IMG/VR virus record: IMGVR_UViG_3300023242_000078
Span: 1-33,404 of that record
Strand: one strand, 5' to 3'
Source: a virus
Lineage: Duplodnaviria > Caudoviricetes
Length of the DNA stretch: 33,404 nucleotides
The notes beneath the pieces were generated by a model that was not told the DNA's origin, ran no database searches, and saw nothing but the letters and a program-made list of their open reading frames with translations. The translations under genes were made by a program, and so were the position numbers. Below, in pieces: positions 17,397-24,780 of the stretch; within the stretch, counting starts at the first letter, position 1, and the number at the start of each line of letters is the position of its first letter.

Positions 17397-18308
17397 TTAT
17401 TTTAGCGGCGCACCATTTCGCTCAAGAATCTTTAACAATCCTTCGTTACCGGGGAACACTACAAAGTTCTGCGGGTTCACGCTTCCACCACGCATTTGCC
17501 CATCCACGTATTTGATACCCGGTATTCCAGCAGCACGCATTGCTTCTGCGCCTGTCGATTCCTTTGCGCCCATAGCAGCGACCAAGTCGCCACCTAGATC
17601 ATCCATTGACAATTTGTTTAGCCTTGCCAAGTCTTGGATTGTTTTGCTTTGCTTGCCTACCTCAGAATTCCAGTCAAGCATATTGGCGATGTGTTCATCA
17701 GGCAGATCAACCTTGTAAAGGCTACCGGACTGCGGGATTGCTTCAATTTGCTTTATGAGCGACTCAGCGCCCTCGCCGTACATCTTGCGCAACTCTTGTG
17801 GTGTTGAGTGCATCATTGCAGACTCAAGCACGCCCATAGAGTCGTAGTCTTGGCCTCTTTCCGACCTGCTGTACATTTTAGACAATGACTCTTCATAGCC
17901 ATAGTCTCTTGGGACATAGCCCTTTGCGAAATCTGTTTGGTCTGTCAGGTATGTGCCTTTGCCATAAGCCTGCGCACCAGCACCTGAACCCATCCTTGAT
18001 GAGTCAAACGCATTGAACTTGTAAGGACTGCCGTGAAACACAGTCATCCCAATTGGGTTGTAAGCATCTGCCATCATCTGCGTCAGTTGCTGGCTCTCAG
18101 GCGTGTCAGGCATCAGTGAGCCGCCTGCCTTGATGCTATCCATAGTCTGACCTGCTACTTGGCCAGTTAGCTGGTTCAGCACACCAGCGCGGTCATTAGC
18201 ATTGCCAACAATCTGTTGCGCAGACTCAACTGGGTTTGTCAGCATGTCCAGCAGAGAGCGTTTAAACGAATCAGCTTTGCTGTAGATGGAGGCTAATGGT
18301 GATGGCAT
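17397..18308 (-). CDS. ADP-ribosyltransferase-like protein of the polyvalent-protein type, with an ~85-aa N-terminal extension
   Basis: VFHGSP..F..FD...GSGAGAQAYGKGTYLTD....AKGY and C-terminal GIPGIKY.DG......NFVVF match my recollection of ART domains in phage polyvalent proteins. Confidence 0.65.
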   Translation of the reverse strand: MPSPLASIYSKADSFKRSLLDMLTNPVESAQQIVGNANDRAGVLNQLTGQVAGQTMDSIKAGGSLMPDTPESQQLTQMMADAYNPIGMTVFHGSPYKFNAFDSSRMGSGAGAQAYGKGTYLTDQTDFAKGYVPRDYGYEESLSKMYSRSERGQDYDSMGVLESAMMHSTPQELRKMYGEGAESLIKQIEAIPQSGSLYKVDLPDEHIANMLDWNSEVGKQSKTIQDLARLNKLSMDDLGGDLVAAMGAKESTGAEAMRAAGIPGIKYVDGQMRGGSVNPQNFVVFPGNEGLLKILERNGAPLK

Positions 18309-18325
18309 AATGTGTGTTTTTAAAG

Positions 18326-18331
18326 TACAAT
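18326..18331 (+). promoter_or_regulatory. -10 box for a probable leaderless transcript
   Basis: TACAAT with 6 nt before the ATG at 18338; no Shine-Dalgarno sequence. Confidence 0.5.
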
Positions 18332-18337
18332 GTTCTA

Positions 18338-18562
18338 ATGAAAAAAGTAATCGCTTACTGTAGTTTCAACAGCAACACCGACCTGCCATACATACTGCTT
18401 AAACAGTCGTTCAGGGACTTGTCCAAGGCGCAACAAGTCTCCACGCTTAACGAACTGATTGCGGAGTTCAAGAGTGAACTTGATTTCATTACAAGCGACC
18501 AAGGTACTTCAAAATTCCCTCTATTGTCTGCGCGTCCATTTGCTCCCCATGATGCGCCTTGA
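18338..18562 (+). CDS. Small antisense-oriented protein (74 aa), candidate immunity/antitoxin
   Basis: Fills the otherwise empty 18309-18488 gap, has its own -10 box, overlaps the 3' end of the 528-aa gene; function is inference. Confidence 0.6.
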   Translation: MKKVIAYCSFNSNTDLPYILLKQSFRDLSKAQQVSTLNELIAEFKSELDFITSDQGTSKFPLLSARPFAPHDAP

Positions 18563-20075
18563 GTAGTGACGTTCTAATATTTGCGTCTGTTTTGCCCTCT
18601 GCGCGTTTGCGCTCAAACGTTTTACGAAATGCCAAATAGTCTGGTACTGACACAACATTGCCAGCAGCGTCTTCAAAGCCACCCAATAGTCCATCCGTAG
18701 GGATGCCAGCGCGATATGACCCGTGTTGGTATGTCGGCGTAAGAATTGCACCTTCTTTTTTCGCTTTGAATATAGCCGCACCAGAGCCACCAGTGTACGC
18801 ATCTGGCTTATTCATTACTCGGTTAACGTCTCTTATGCGAGGAAAGCCAAGTTTTTGAAATTCATCTTTGCCCATTATTTCAGCAATGGCTTTGCGAATA
18901 TTACCCGCTGAAAACTCACCTTCTTGGCCTTTGGCCATAATGTCGTAGATGTTTTTACTGTCAACGCCAGCAAAGTTTTTGTAAGGCGTTACTTTAAACT
19001 CTTTGCCGTTGCTGTCTTTTTTGGTTTCCACCCTGTTCTGAATGGCTGTGTTTAATTGTTTGTATGCGTCACTTGATGGGCGTATTTCTGGCAACTGCCC
19101 AACCAACCCCTCTGAAATGTGGTGCGAAAAGTTTGAACTTGCTGGGCCAAGGTAAGTTGAAATGCCGACCGTGTCGCCTAATTCTGCATACTCGTTTAAG
19201 TTTGCCGTTTTGCTGCTTGCTGCAGTTGGCTCAGATGCCCAACCAATACCATCGTTAATGTTTTGTTGAAGCGACCCATATTGCGTGCCGCCCTGTTTTT
19301 TTACATCCCTCGCTAATGGGACACCTGCAACTTGGGATACCGTCTCTCCAGCGCCAGACCAATCAGACACTACTGGGACGGCGTACTTGTCAATCAAAGT
19401 CTCGGGATTAACACCGCGTGGTGGAACAAATATTTCACCGGGAGTTGGGGTAACAATGTCACCACCACTTAACCCCATTGTTTCACGACGCATGACCGCT
19501 GGAGTGTCCAATGCCTTTTTGAATTTTGTCAACGCAGACTTCTCTGCTGACGTAAGCATTGAAACTGTTTTATTGGGAAAGAGCATATCAATAACAGGTA
19601 TGCCGTTAACCGTGTCGGCATACGACATTGAGCCGCGAGTCAAATCCCGCAACATCTGTGCGTTTGCGCCACCTTTTTCCAAAGTTCGCAGAACCGCAGG
19701 CTCAATTAGCCTTTCAGCAGCCATACCCGCACGCTCCACTTGCGAGGCAATAGCAGCTTTGTTTAAACCCAGCGCAGCAAGTGGCGCGGCTTGAGGTGTA
19801 ACGGCTGGAATCTTCAAGTCATCCATAACACCGCCAAGCGATTGCAACAAGCCTTGAGCAACCTCTCCTCTTGGCTGGTACGTTAGCCTATCCATCATCT
19901 CTACGGCGGCGCGGTCAGCCTCTCTGCCAGCCTCGATTGTCCCGTAGCCCGGGCTGGTTACACCTTTGTAAATACCGTAAGCTGGGCCAGCAAAACTAGC
20001 AAGCGTACCAGTACCTAAAGTGGCCGCTGTTTCACCAGCGCCCCGCAAGTAGTCCCAAATAGTAGGTTTTGCCAT
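18489..20075 (-). CDS. 528-aa protein with an ejection-protein-like N-terminus and an unassigned globular C-terminal domain
   Basis: GAGETAATLGTG...AG...TYQPR matches GLGETALSIGSG...AG...TYEPR in 7762..9690. Confidence 0.75.
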   Translation of the reverse strand: MAKPTIWDYLRGAGETAATLGTGTLASFAGPAYGIYKGVTSPGYGTIEAGREADRAAVEMMDRLTYQPRGEVAQGLLQSLGGVMDDLKIPAVTPQAAPLAALGLNKAAIASQVERAGMAAERLIEPAVLRTLEKGGANAQMLRDLTRGSMSYADTVNGIPVIDMLFPNKTVSMLTSAEKSALTKFKKALDTPAVMRRETMGLSGGDIVTPTPGEIFVPPRGVNPETLIDKYAVPVVSDWSGAGETVSQVAGVPLARDVKKQGGTQYGSLQQNINDGIGWASEPTAASSKTANLNEYAELGDTVGISTYLGPASSNFSHHISEGLVGQLPEIRPSSDAYKQLNTAIQNRVETKKDSNGKEFKVTPYKNFAGVDSKNIYDIMAKGQEGEFSAGNIRKAIAEIMGKDEFQKLGFPRIRDVNRVMNKPDAYTGGSGAAIFKAKKEGAILTPTYQHGSYRAGIPTDGLLGGFEDAAGNVVSVPDYLAFRKTFERKRAEGKTDANIRTSLLKAHHGEQMDAQTIEGILKYLGRL

Positions 20076-20092
20076 AGTGCTTCCATTTTACC

Positions 20093-20124
20093 AAAAAAAA
20101 CGCCCACCGCAAGGGGTAGGCGTA
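20093..20124 (-). terminator. Intrinsic terminator between the nin genes and the late region
   Basis: Minus strand ACGCCTACC-CCTTGC-GGTGGGCGT followed by a T run. Confidence 0.8.
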
Positions 20125-20153
20125 AGTTGGGTTGAACCAACTGGAGAGTGCTG

Positions 20154-20705
20154 TTAGTCTAACCGTTCTTTGTTCAGCCGTCTAGCCTCTTCTGCATAGT
20201 GCCTTGCTATTTCAATCAAGCCTTCTTTCGTGTACTTGCGCAGCACGTTGTCATTTTCCAGCAGGCCAAGTTCTTTTTTGCCTATTCGCTTTAAAAGGCG
20301 CTTGCGGTATTCGACCACATTACCTGCCAAGAAATTATTGCAATTTTTGCATTGTCCCCAGCAGTTCCATTCCACAAAACGCATATTTACCGCGCTGCCT
20401 GTACTCCGAAAATGACCAGCGTCAGTGGTGTTAGGCGCTGGGTCAAACGGCTTGTCACAGCTTATGCAAGGCTTACCGTAGTCTCTAGCCCTTATGAATG
20501 CGTTGAAAGCAGTCTGGGCCTTCTTCACTAGTTGCGGCTTGGTCTGCAAAGCGTCCAGTTTCAGCTTAGTTTCTTTTTTGTCAGCCCTGACAGCTTTCGC
20601 CGCCATCTTTTTGGATATGTCAATTGCGCAGAGGTAGCTGCACACTACCTGCATTGGTCGGTCTGCTGTGAACACTTCACGGCATCCTTTGCACCTCTTA
20701 GTCAT
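20154..20705 (-). CDS. ninG: NinG/Rap-like recombination endonuclease
   Basis: CxxC, AQTAFNAFIRARD...CISC...DAGHFRS.G...RF.E.N..GQC..CN. Confidence 0.9.
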   Translation of the reverse strand: MTKRCKGCREVFTADRPMQVVCSYLCAIDISKKMAAKAVRADKKETKLKLDALQTKPQLVKKAQTAFNAFIRARDYGKPCISCDKPFDPAPNTTDAGHFRSTGSAVNMRFVEWNCWGQCKNCNNFLAGNVVEYRKRLLKRIGKKELGLLENDNVLRKYTKEGLIEIARHYAEEARRLNKERLD

Positions 20706-21105
20706 TTATCGTCACTCCATTTTGAGCCGCCCAAGCCATGCAGAATTCTGTAAACTCACTAGCCTGCAACTTGGTAAATTTACGGGTCTGCTCACCCAGT
20801 TGGACTATGCCATCGCCAGTTAAGTTTGGCACAACCCGGCCAACACGCTCACCTTTCTCAGCAAAGTAGGCATCGACCAACAGCCGTTTCCAGCTTTCTG
20901 CGTCCCATTTGCTTCCAGCGTGTTCGGCTTGCACCGCTATCTGGCTGATGATCGCGTGAAACATAGAATTCTGCTCTACAGACCTGCTCTGTAGCTTAAC
21001 ACTCACCACTAACGCAGCCCCGCCGTCCAGCGCCTCTCGCATCTTAGACCACAGTTGCCGCATCTGCGACACGCCTTGTTTGCTGTCATGTATTTGTATC
21101 AACAT
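20698..21105 (-). CDS. ninB: NinB/Orf-like recombination protein
   Basis: RSVEQNS.FHA....IA.Q...W..ESWKRL...V.LG..T.KF. Confidence 0.85.
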   Translation of the reverse strand: MLIQIHDSKQGVSQMRQLWSKMREALDGGAALVVSVKLQSRSVEQNSMFHAIISQIAVQAEHAGSKWDAESWKRLLVDAYFAEKGERVGRVVPNLTGDGIVQLGEQTRKFTKLQASEFTEFCMAWAAQNGVTIND

Positions 21106-21397
21106 ATTCTGTAAGCCTCACCTTTGTCATACAAGTGCGGATGCGCTCCATGTGGGACGCGCCGCTCTTCTTTGTAATCTTGTTAAACGCCTCACGCAGC
21201 CACTCACGCTGGCTAGCTTTGTCTCTTGCGTGATACATCTGAACTAGCAGTCTTGCATCGGCCATGTCGTTGATCTGGCGCTGCTCAACAGCAATGCGCT
21301 CGTAGTTGGCTCGTTGCTCATTCGTAAATTTCGGCCAAGTCGCCCGTTGATTTGAGGGCTTCTGAAATGACGTATTCGCTGTATTGCTCACTACCAT
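21086..21397 (-). CDS. Hypothetical protein
   Basis: 103-aa ORF in operon, GAGG upstream, overlaps the ninB start. Confidence 0.6.
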   Translation of the reverse strand: MVVSNTANTSFQKPSNQRATWPKFTNEQRANYERIAVEQRQINDMADARLLVQMYHARDKASQREWLREAFNKITKKSGASHMERIRTCMTKVRLTEYVDTNT

Positions 21398-21439
21398 CCC
21401 TCAGTTGGTTAAGAATCTTGCGTGCAGTTTCTATTGGCA

Positions 21440-21637
21440 TTACAACCCTTTAAAAGCAAAGCCGTACAGCACGCCAGCAACAAAGCTGACTACACCGACC
21501 GCACAAGCAAATGCAGTTACAAAATAAAAGTCAATGCTTGACGGGTGATTTAAGTACTTTAAAACCAAATTGCCAAACTTGTAAATGCCGCTTTTGTGTG
21601 TCATGAGGTTTGTTCTCCAGAGTGTTATTTGAATCAT
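21440..21637 (-). CDS. Small protein with a C-terminal transmembrane segment
   Basis: Hydrophobic FYFVTAFACAVGVVSFVAGVLYGF; ATGA coupling. Confidence 0.55.
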   Translation of the reverse strand: MIQITLWRTNLMTHKSGIYKFGNLVLKYLNHPSSIDFYFVTAFACAVGVVSFVAGVLYGFAFKGL

Positions 21638-21954
21638 TTGCCAGCCCTCGCAATTTCCATCTTAATTTTGTAAGCCCGTCTCCGGTCGTGGGGTGTTCGT
21701 TTGGGCTTTGGTTTGTCCATCAAGTCGCCAGCGGCGTAGATCGGCGTATTAAAGCGGCCAATGGTGTCCGCACGCCAGCCACAGATGTAAACCAGCTTGT
21801 GGTCGTGAATCGTTCTGACCCACCTGTAAGCCGTCACCATGCCGATTTCCAGCTCATGGGCCAAGTCGTGGGCGCTCATTTGGCGCTCTGAGAACGTAAA
21901 CAACTTCCAAGTCTTGGCAAGCAAGTGCTGATTGACTGAAATAACTTTACGCAT
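21634..21954 (-). CDS. Winged-HTH DNA-binding protein
   Basis: MSAHDLAHELEIGMVTAYRWV helix-turn-helix followed by a VYICGW wing. Confidence 0.7.
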   Translation of the reverse strand: MRKVISVNQHLLAKTWKLFTFSERQMSAHDLAHELEIGMVTAYRWVRTIHDHKLVYICGWRADTIGRFNTPIYAAGDLMDKPKPKRTPHDRRRAYKIKMEIARAGK

Positions 21955-22417
21955 CTTGAATTACTTTCGCCCGCTTTGCTTTTAGTGTGCTGAAGACCAG
22001 CTTGATTGCAGTTTCAAGCGAACCAACCGTGGCCACTTCTAGCTGCGCAGTGTGGACATCAAATCCAGCTTGAATCAATTCAAACTCACGGCCTTGGCAA
22101 ATGAACTTACCTTCTAACGTCAAAGACCGCACACAAACGTCCTGAAGGGCGCTCAGAGCGTTTAAAACATCTTTGCGGTACTTGCGCCCCACATTCATCA
22201 TGCAGTAAGCCTCACAGACGTTTAGAGCCTCAATGACTACATCAGCTTCCAGCTTGGTTGCAGTGCCTTCGCCAAGGCTGTGTAAGGCACTCATGTTCTT
22301 TAAGTTCAGTGTTGTGTAAAAAGACTTCATGCCCGAAATGGGTGAAATGCTTTCAGTGACAAACTCCATCGTGTTTACTCGCACAGGCTTGGGTACGTAC
22401 TTTGACTTCTTACGCAT
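21947..22417 (-). CDS. Conserved hypothetical phage protein
   Basis: 156 aa starting MRKKSKY.PK; overlaps the initiator stop. Confidence 0.7.
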   Translation of the reverse strand: MRKKSKYVPKPVRVNTMEFVTESISPISGMKSFYTTLNLKNMSALHSLGEGTATKLEADVVIEALNVCEAYCMMNVGRKYRKDVLNALSALQDVCVRSLTLEGKFICQGREFELIQAGFDVHTAQLEVATVGSLETAIKLVFSTLKAKRAKVIQDA

Positions 22418-23195
22418 TTTTTACTCCTAAAATTCCACGCATCATTTCTCTGATGTGTGCCGGTGGCGGTGCGCCTGTTTTGTGGTCGTCTTCAACCTTG
22501 CGGAGCGCTGCGTCTTGGCTGTACGGCACAGTGCTGCGAACAACGTCTGAAGCCTGTTGTGCAAACGATGCCTTGGCAGCAGTTTGCTTGCGAACCCAAT
22601 TGCGCCATGTTGCATCCCAATCCAGCTTGACACCCTTTGAGCCGGGAACTGATGACCAGTAATCCTTGAACTCTTCAAACACCTTGCGCAGTTCCAAGTC
22701 TGGTCGTTCGGCTTTTGACCATGCAACCAATTCAGCATTAGGCTTCCAGTCTGCTGGCAACCGCGTACCACGCGTTGCTGTTCGCTCTTTAATTGGTTTA
22801 TGGTTAATGGTTAGTGGTTTATGGTTAGGGTTAATTTGGCTTTCATCTGGGTTAGCCAAAATAACCGACTGGGTTTTCTTTGGCCTACCGCCTAGCATCC
22901 CGTTGGTTTTGTTCTTTGCAGATTGGCCGTGATAGTCCTTAATCTCCATGTCGATGCGGCTCTGTGTGTAGCCGTTTTCGGTCTGTACAAAGAAATCAGC
23001 CAGCACATTATGCAAAGCTGGTTCATGTTCAGAACCCAGACTTAACCGACGCATAACCACTTGGGTTTCTAACGGTATTGGCTTTTCATCAAGGTAGTAC
23101 CAGTCAATCAATTGACGGTAAATGCTGTGTTCTACGGTAGACAGATGGACAGTGTCTTTCCGATAGTCAGCAATGTTAAATTTGTAGTAGTGCAT
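22410..23195 (-). CDS. Replication initiator, YdaU/DUF1376 type
   Basis: MHYYKFNIADY..DT.HLS..EH..YR.L.D.YY..EKP; GGRP linker; C-terminal F.DYW...DW.ATWRNW. Confidence 0.85.
   Translation of the reverse strand: MHYYKFNIADYRKDTVHLSTVEHSIYRQLIDWYYLDEKPIPLETQVVMRRLSLGSEHEPALHNVLADFFVQTENGYTQSRIDMEIKDYHGQSAKNKTNGMLGGRPKKTQSVILANPDESQINPNHKPLTINHKPIKERTATRGTRLPADWKPNAELVAWSKAERPDLELRKVFEEFKDYWSSVPGSKGVKLDWDATWRNWVRKQTAAKASFAQQASDVVRSTVPYSQDAALRKVEDDHKTGAPPPAHIREMMRGILGVKNA
22794..22834. repeat. Heptamer tandem repeat TGGTT(TA/AA/AG) x5 plus a partial copy; probable replication origin
   Basis: tggttta tggttaa tggttag tggttta tggttag ggttaa inside the initiator linker. Confidence 0.65.
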
Positions 23196-23223
23196 ACAGC
23201 CGCTTTTTTAAGCCCCAAGAAAG

Positions 23224-23287
23224 AAACAACGGCAAGAGAAGGGGTAACTCTTTTCAGTCGGGTAATTATTCCGACCTAGCCGCGTCT
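23224..23287 (-). ncRNA. Structured three-way-junction RNA leader upstream of the initiator (c4-like architecture)
   Basis: Stems GCGGC/GCCGT, GTCGG/CCGAC and AAGAG/CTCTT nested as a junction. Confidence 0.55.
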
Positions 23288-23294
23288 GTAAAAA

Positions 23295-23579
23295 CTATAC
23301 CACGAAATCTGGGTCTGTTATCCACTTTGGCTTTTTCCAGCCACTTTCTTCTGGTAACGAAATTCCATGTACTTCGTAATCACTTTCATCAATATCATCA
23401 CCATCGCAAACCAGTAACATACAAGCACTACCACTGTACATTTTCTTTATTTCAACGCTGTACGGGTCGATGTGGCTGTCAATTTGCCAGAAAAGGTCTA
23501 CCATATTTTGCGCAACCGCAAACCCTACCCAGACGCGGGACTTGTCCTCTGTCACCGCTCTAAAGCTGTAAGCAATCAT
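23295..23579 (-). CDS. Hypothetical protein
   Basis: 94 aa, GGAGG ribosome binding site, TAATG coupling. Confidence 0.7.
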   Translation of the reverse strand: MIAYSFRAVTEDKSRVWVGFAVAQNMVDLFWQIDSHIDPYSVEIKKMYSGSACMLLVCDGDDIDESDYEVHGISLPEESGWKKPKWITDPDFVV

Positions 23580-23755
23580 TAGTCTGTTCCTCCAAAATTT
23601 TCTTTGTTTAGGTCTACACGCTGAATTTTTTCAGCAGCCATGACGCAGTTGAACTGCAAGCTGTTAAGCCACAGGACGGCTTCAATATCTCCATGCGGTA
23701 GCTGACGCATCAGTACATTGAGGTCTTCGATAAAAGTTTGAAAGGTTGTGTTCAT
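23579..23755 (-). CDS. Hypothetical protein (58 aa), first gene of the leftward operon
   Basis: Not in ORF track; MNTTFQTFIEDLNVLMRQLPHGDIEAVLWLNSLQFNCVMAAEKIQRVDLNKENFGGTD. Confidence 0.65.
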   Translation of the reverse strand: MNTTFQTFIEDLNVLMRQLPHGDIEAVLWLNSLQFNCVMAAEKIQRVDLNKENFGGTD

Positions 23756-23867
23756 ATCTCATTATTTGTGTGCAAATTTATTTTGCACAATTAGGGAAAA
23801 CACCTAGACACTAGTGTGTTTTTTCTATGCCATAATAAACACATCGCAACACAACAGGAGTTTCCAA
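23756..23867. promoter_or_regulatory. Divergent promoter/operator region
   Basis: AT-rich gap at the strand switch; TGTGCAAA-N5-TTTGCACA (23769-23789), TAGGGAAAACACCTA (23792-23806), CATAAT (23831-23836), AGGAG ribosome binding site. Confidence 0.75.
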
Positions 23868-24179
23868 ATGACACAATACGCAAACCACATCGCTTACTCA
23901 GATGTCAACCCATTTGAGGTTGTCCGCGCCGTCAGTGGCAAGACAATCGAAGTTCGTGAGATGAGCGCAACAAAAGACGACAGCGTGAAAATGGACTTTC
24001 ATGTCGGCGGCTTTTCTGCCCACTGCTCAAACCAACGTCAACAAAAATGGTTTATCACCTCAGACGAAACCGCTCAAGTCATTCGCATTCGCCTTGGCAA
24101 AGATGGCTGGAAAGACAAGCATGGTCGCCGCTTCAAGTTAAACGACCAGCCAATCAAGTTTTACGACTACAACTTTTAA
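23868..24179 (+). CDS. Early hypothetical protein
   Basis: ATG after AGGAG; YSDVNPFEVVR...GGFSAHC.NQ..QKW...KFYDYNF. Confidence 0.8.
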   Translation: MTQYANHIAYSDVNPFEVVRAVSGKTIEVREMSATKDDSVKMDFHVGGFSAHCSNQRQQKWFITSDETAQVIRIRLGKDGWKDKHGRRFKLNDQPIKFYDYNF

Positions 24180-24185
24180 ACCAAC

Positions 24186-24199
24186 GGGGCGAAAGCCCC
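24186..24199 (+). other. GNRA tetraloop hairpin
   Basis: GGGGC-GAAA-GCCCC with no following U tract. Confidence 0.5.
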
Positions 24200-24215
24200 A
24201 ACTAAGGAAAACCAA

Positions 24216-24512
24216 ATGAGCAAAATGTTAGAACTCAGTGCCAAGCGCTTGGAAGACATCAGGGCCAAGTGGCGTACAGACACTGGTGACTTTGAAATGG
24301 TTGAGATGTACCTAAGCATGGGTCGCACACCGAAAGGCTACACAGACGATCAAGCAGGGCGCACAGCACGCATCCTTGACTTGAACGGCAGACTAACATC
24401 AGCACAGGTGGCCAACATTCGCAACGCGCTGCTGACCTTGGCCAAAGAGACACCGCTAACTGACCCAGAAGAAAAAACAAAAAGAAAGTACACACGCCGT
24501 CTTTCATCTTGA
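24216..24512 (+). CDS. Hypothetical protein
   Basis: 98 aa, AAGGA ribosome binding site, basic KRKYTRR tail. Confidence 0.7.
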   Translation: MSKMLELSAKRLEDIRAKWRTDTGDFEMVEMYLSMGRTPKGYTDDQAGRTARILDLNGRLTSAQVANIRNALLTLAKETPLTDPEEKTKRKYTRRLSS

Positions 24513-24549
24513 TTTGTGTGTTATATTTAAATCTAATTGGAGAGTAAAA

Positions 24550-24765
24550 ATGACTGAGCATCTAAAAAACGTCTACACTTTAAACAGCCAAGGCGAACGC
24601 AAACTAGGCCAGCTTCTTGGTCAAAACAAGACAGACTTTTACATTGACTGCCTCTTGGATTTGGAGTCATTGAAAGATCAAAACGATGCAGCCGTCATCG
24701 TTTATGAAGGCGCTACCGTTCATTTTGACGATAGTGATTTTGACGCAATGTTAATTGCAAACTAA
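24550..24765 (+). CDS. Hypothetical acidic protein
   Basis: ATG at 24550 after GGAGAG. Confidence 0.65.
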   Translation: MTEHLKNVYTLNSQGERKLGQLLGQNKTDFYIDCLLDLESLKDQNDAAVIVYEGATVHFDDSDFDAMLIAN

Positions 24766-24780
24766 AAAGGGAACATAGTT

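Noticed and set aside
403-17718. Many plus-strand ORFs in the track (e.g. 403-924, 6386-6814, 10187-10780, 17269-17718)
   Set aside because: They lie antisense to well-supported genes and have no motifs or ribosome binding sites; treated as shadow frames.
23224-23287. Hammerhead ribozyme (three stems plus CUGA)
   Set aside because: The core reads CUGAAAA rather than CUGANGA, and the GAAA and NUH elements are not in the required positions.
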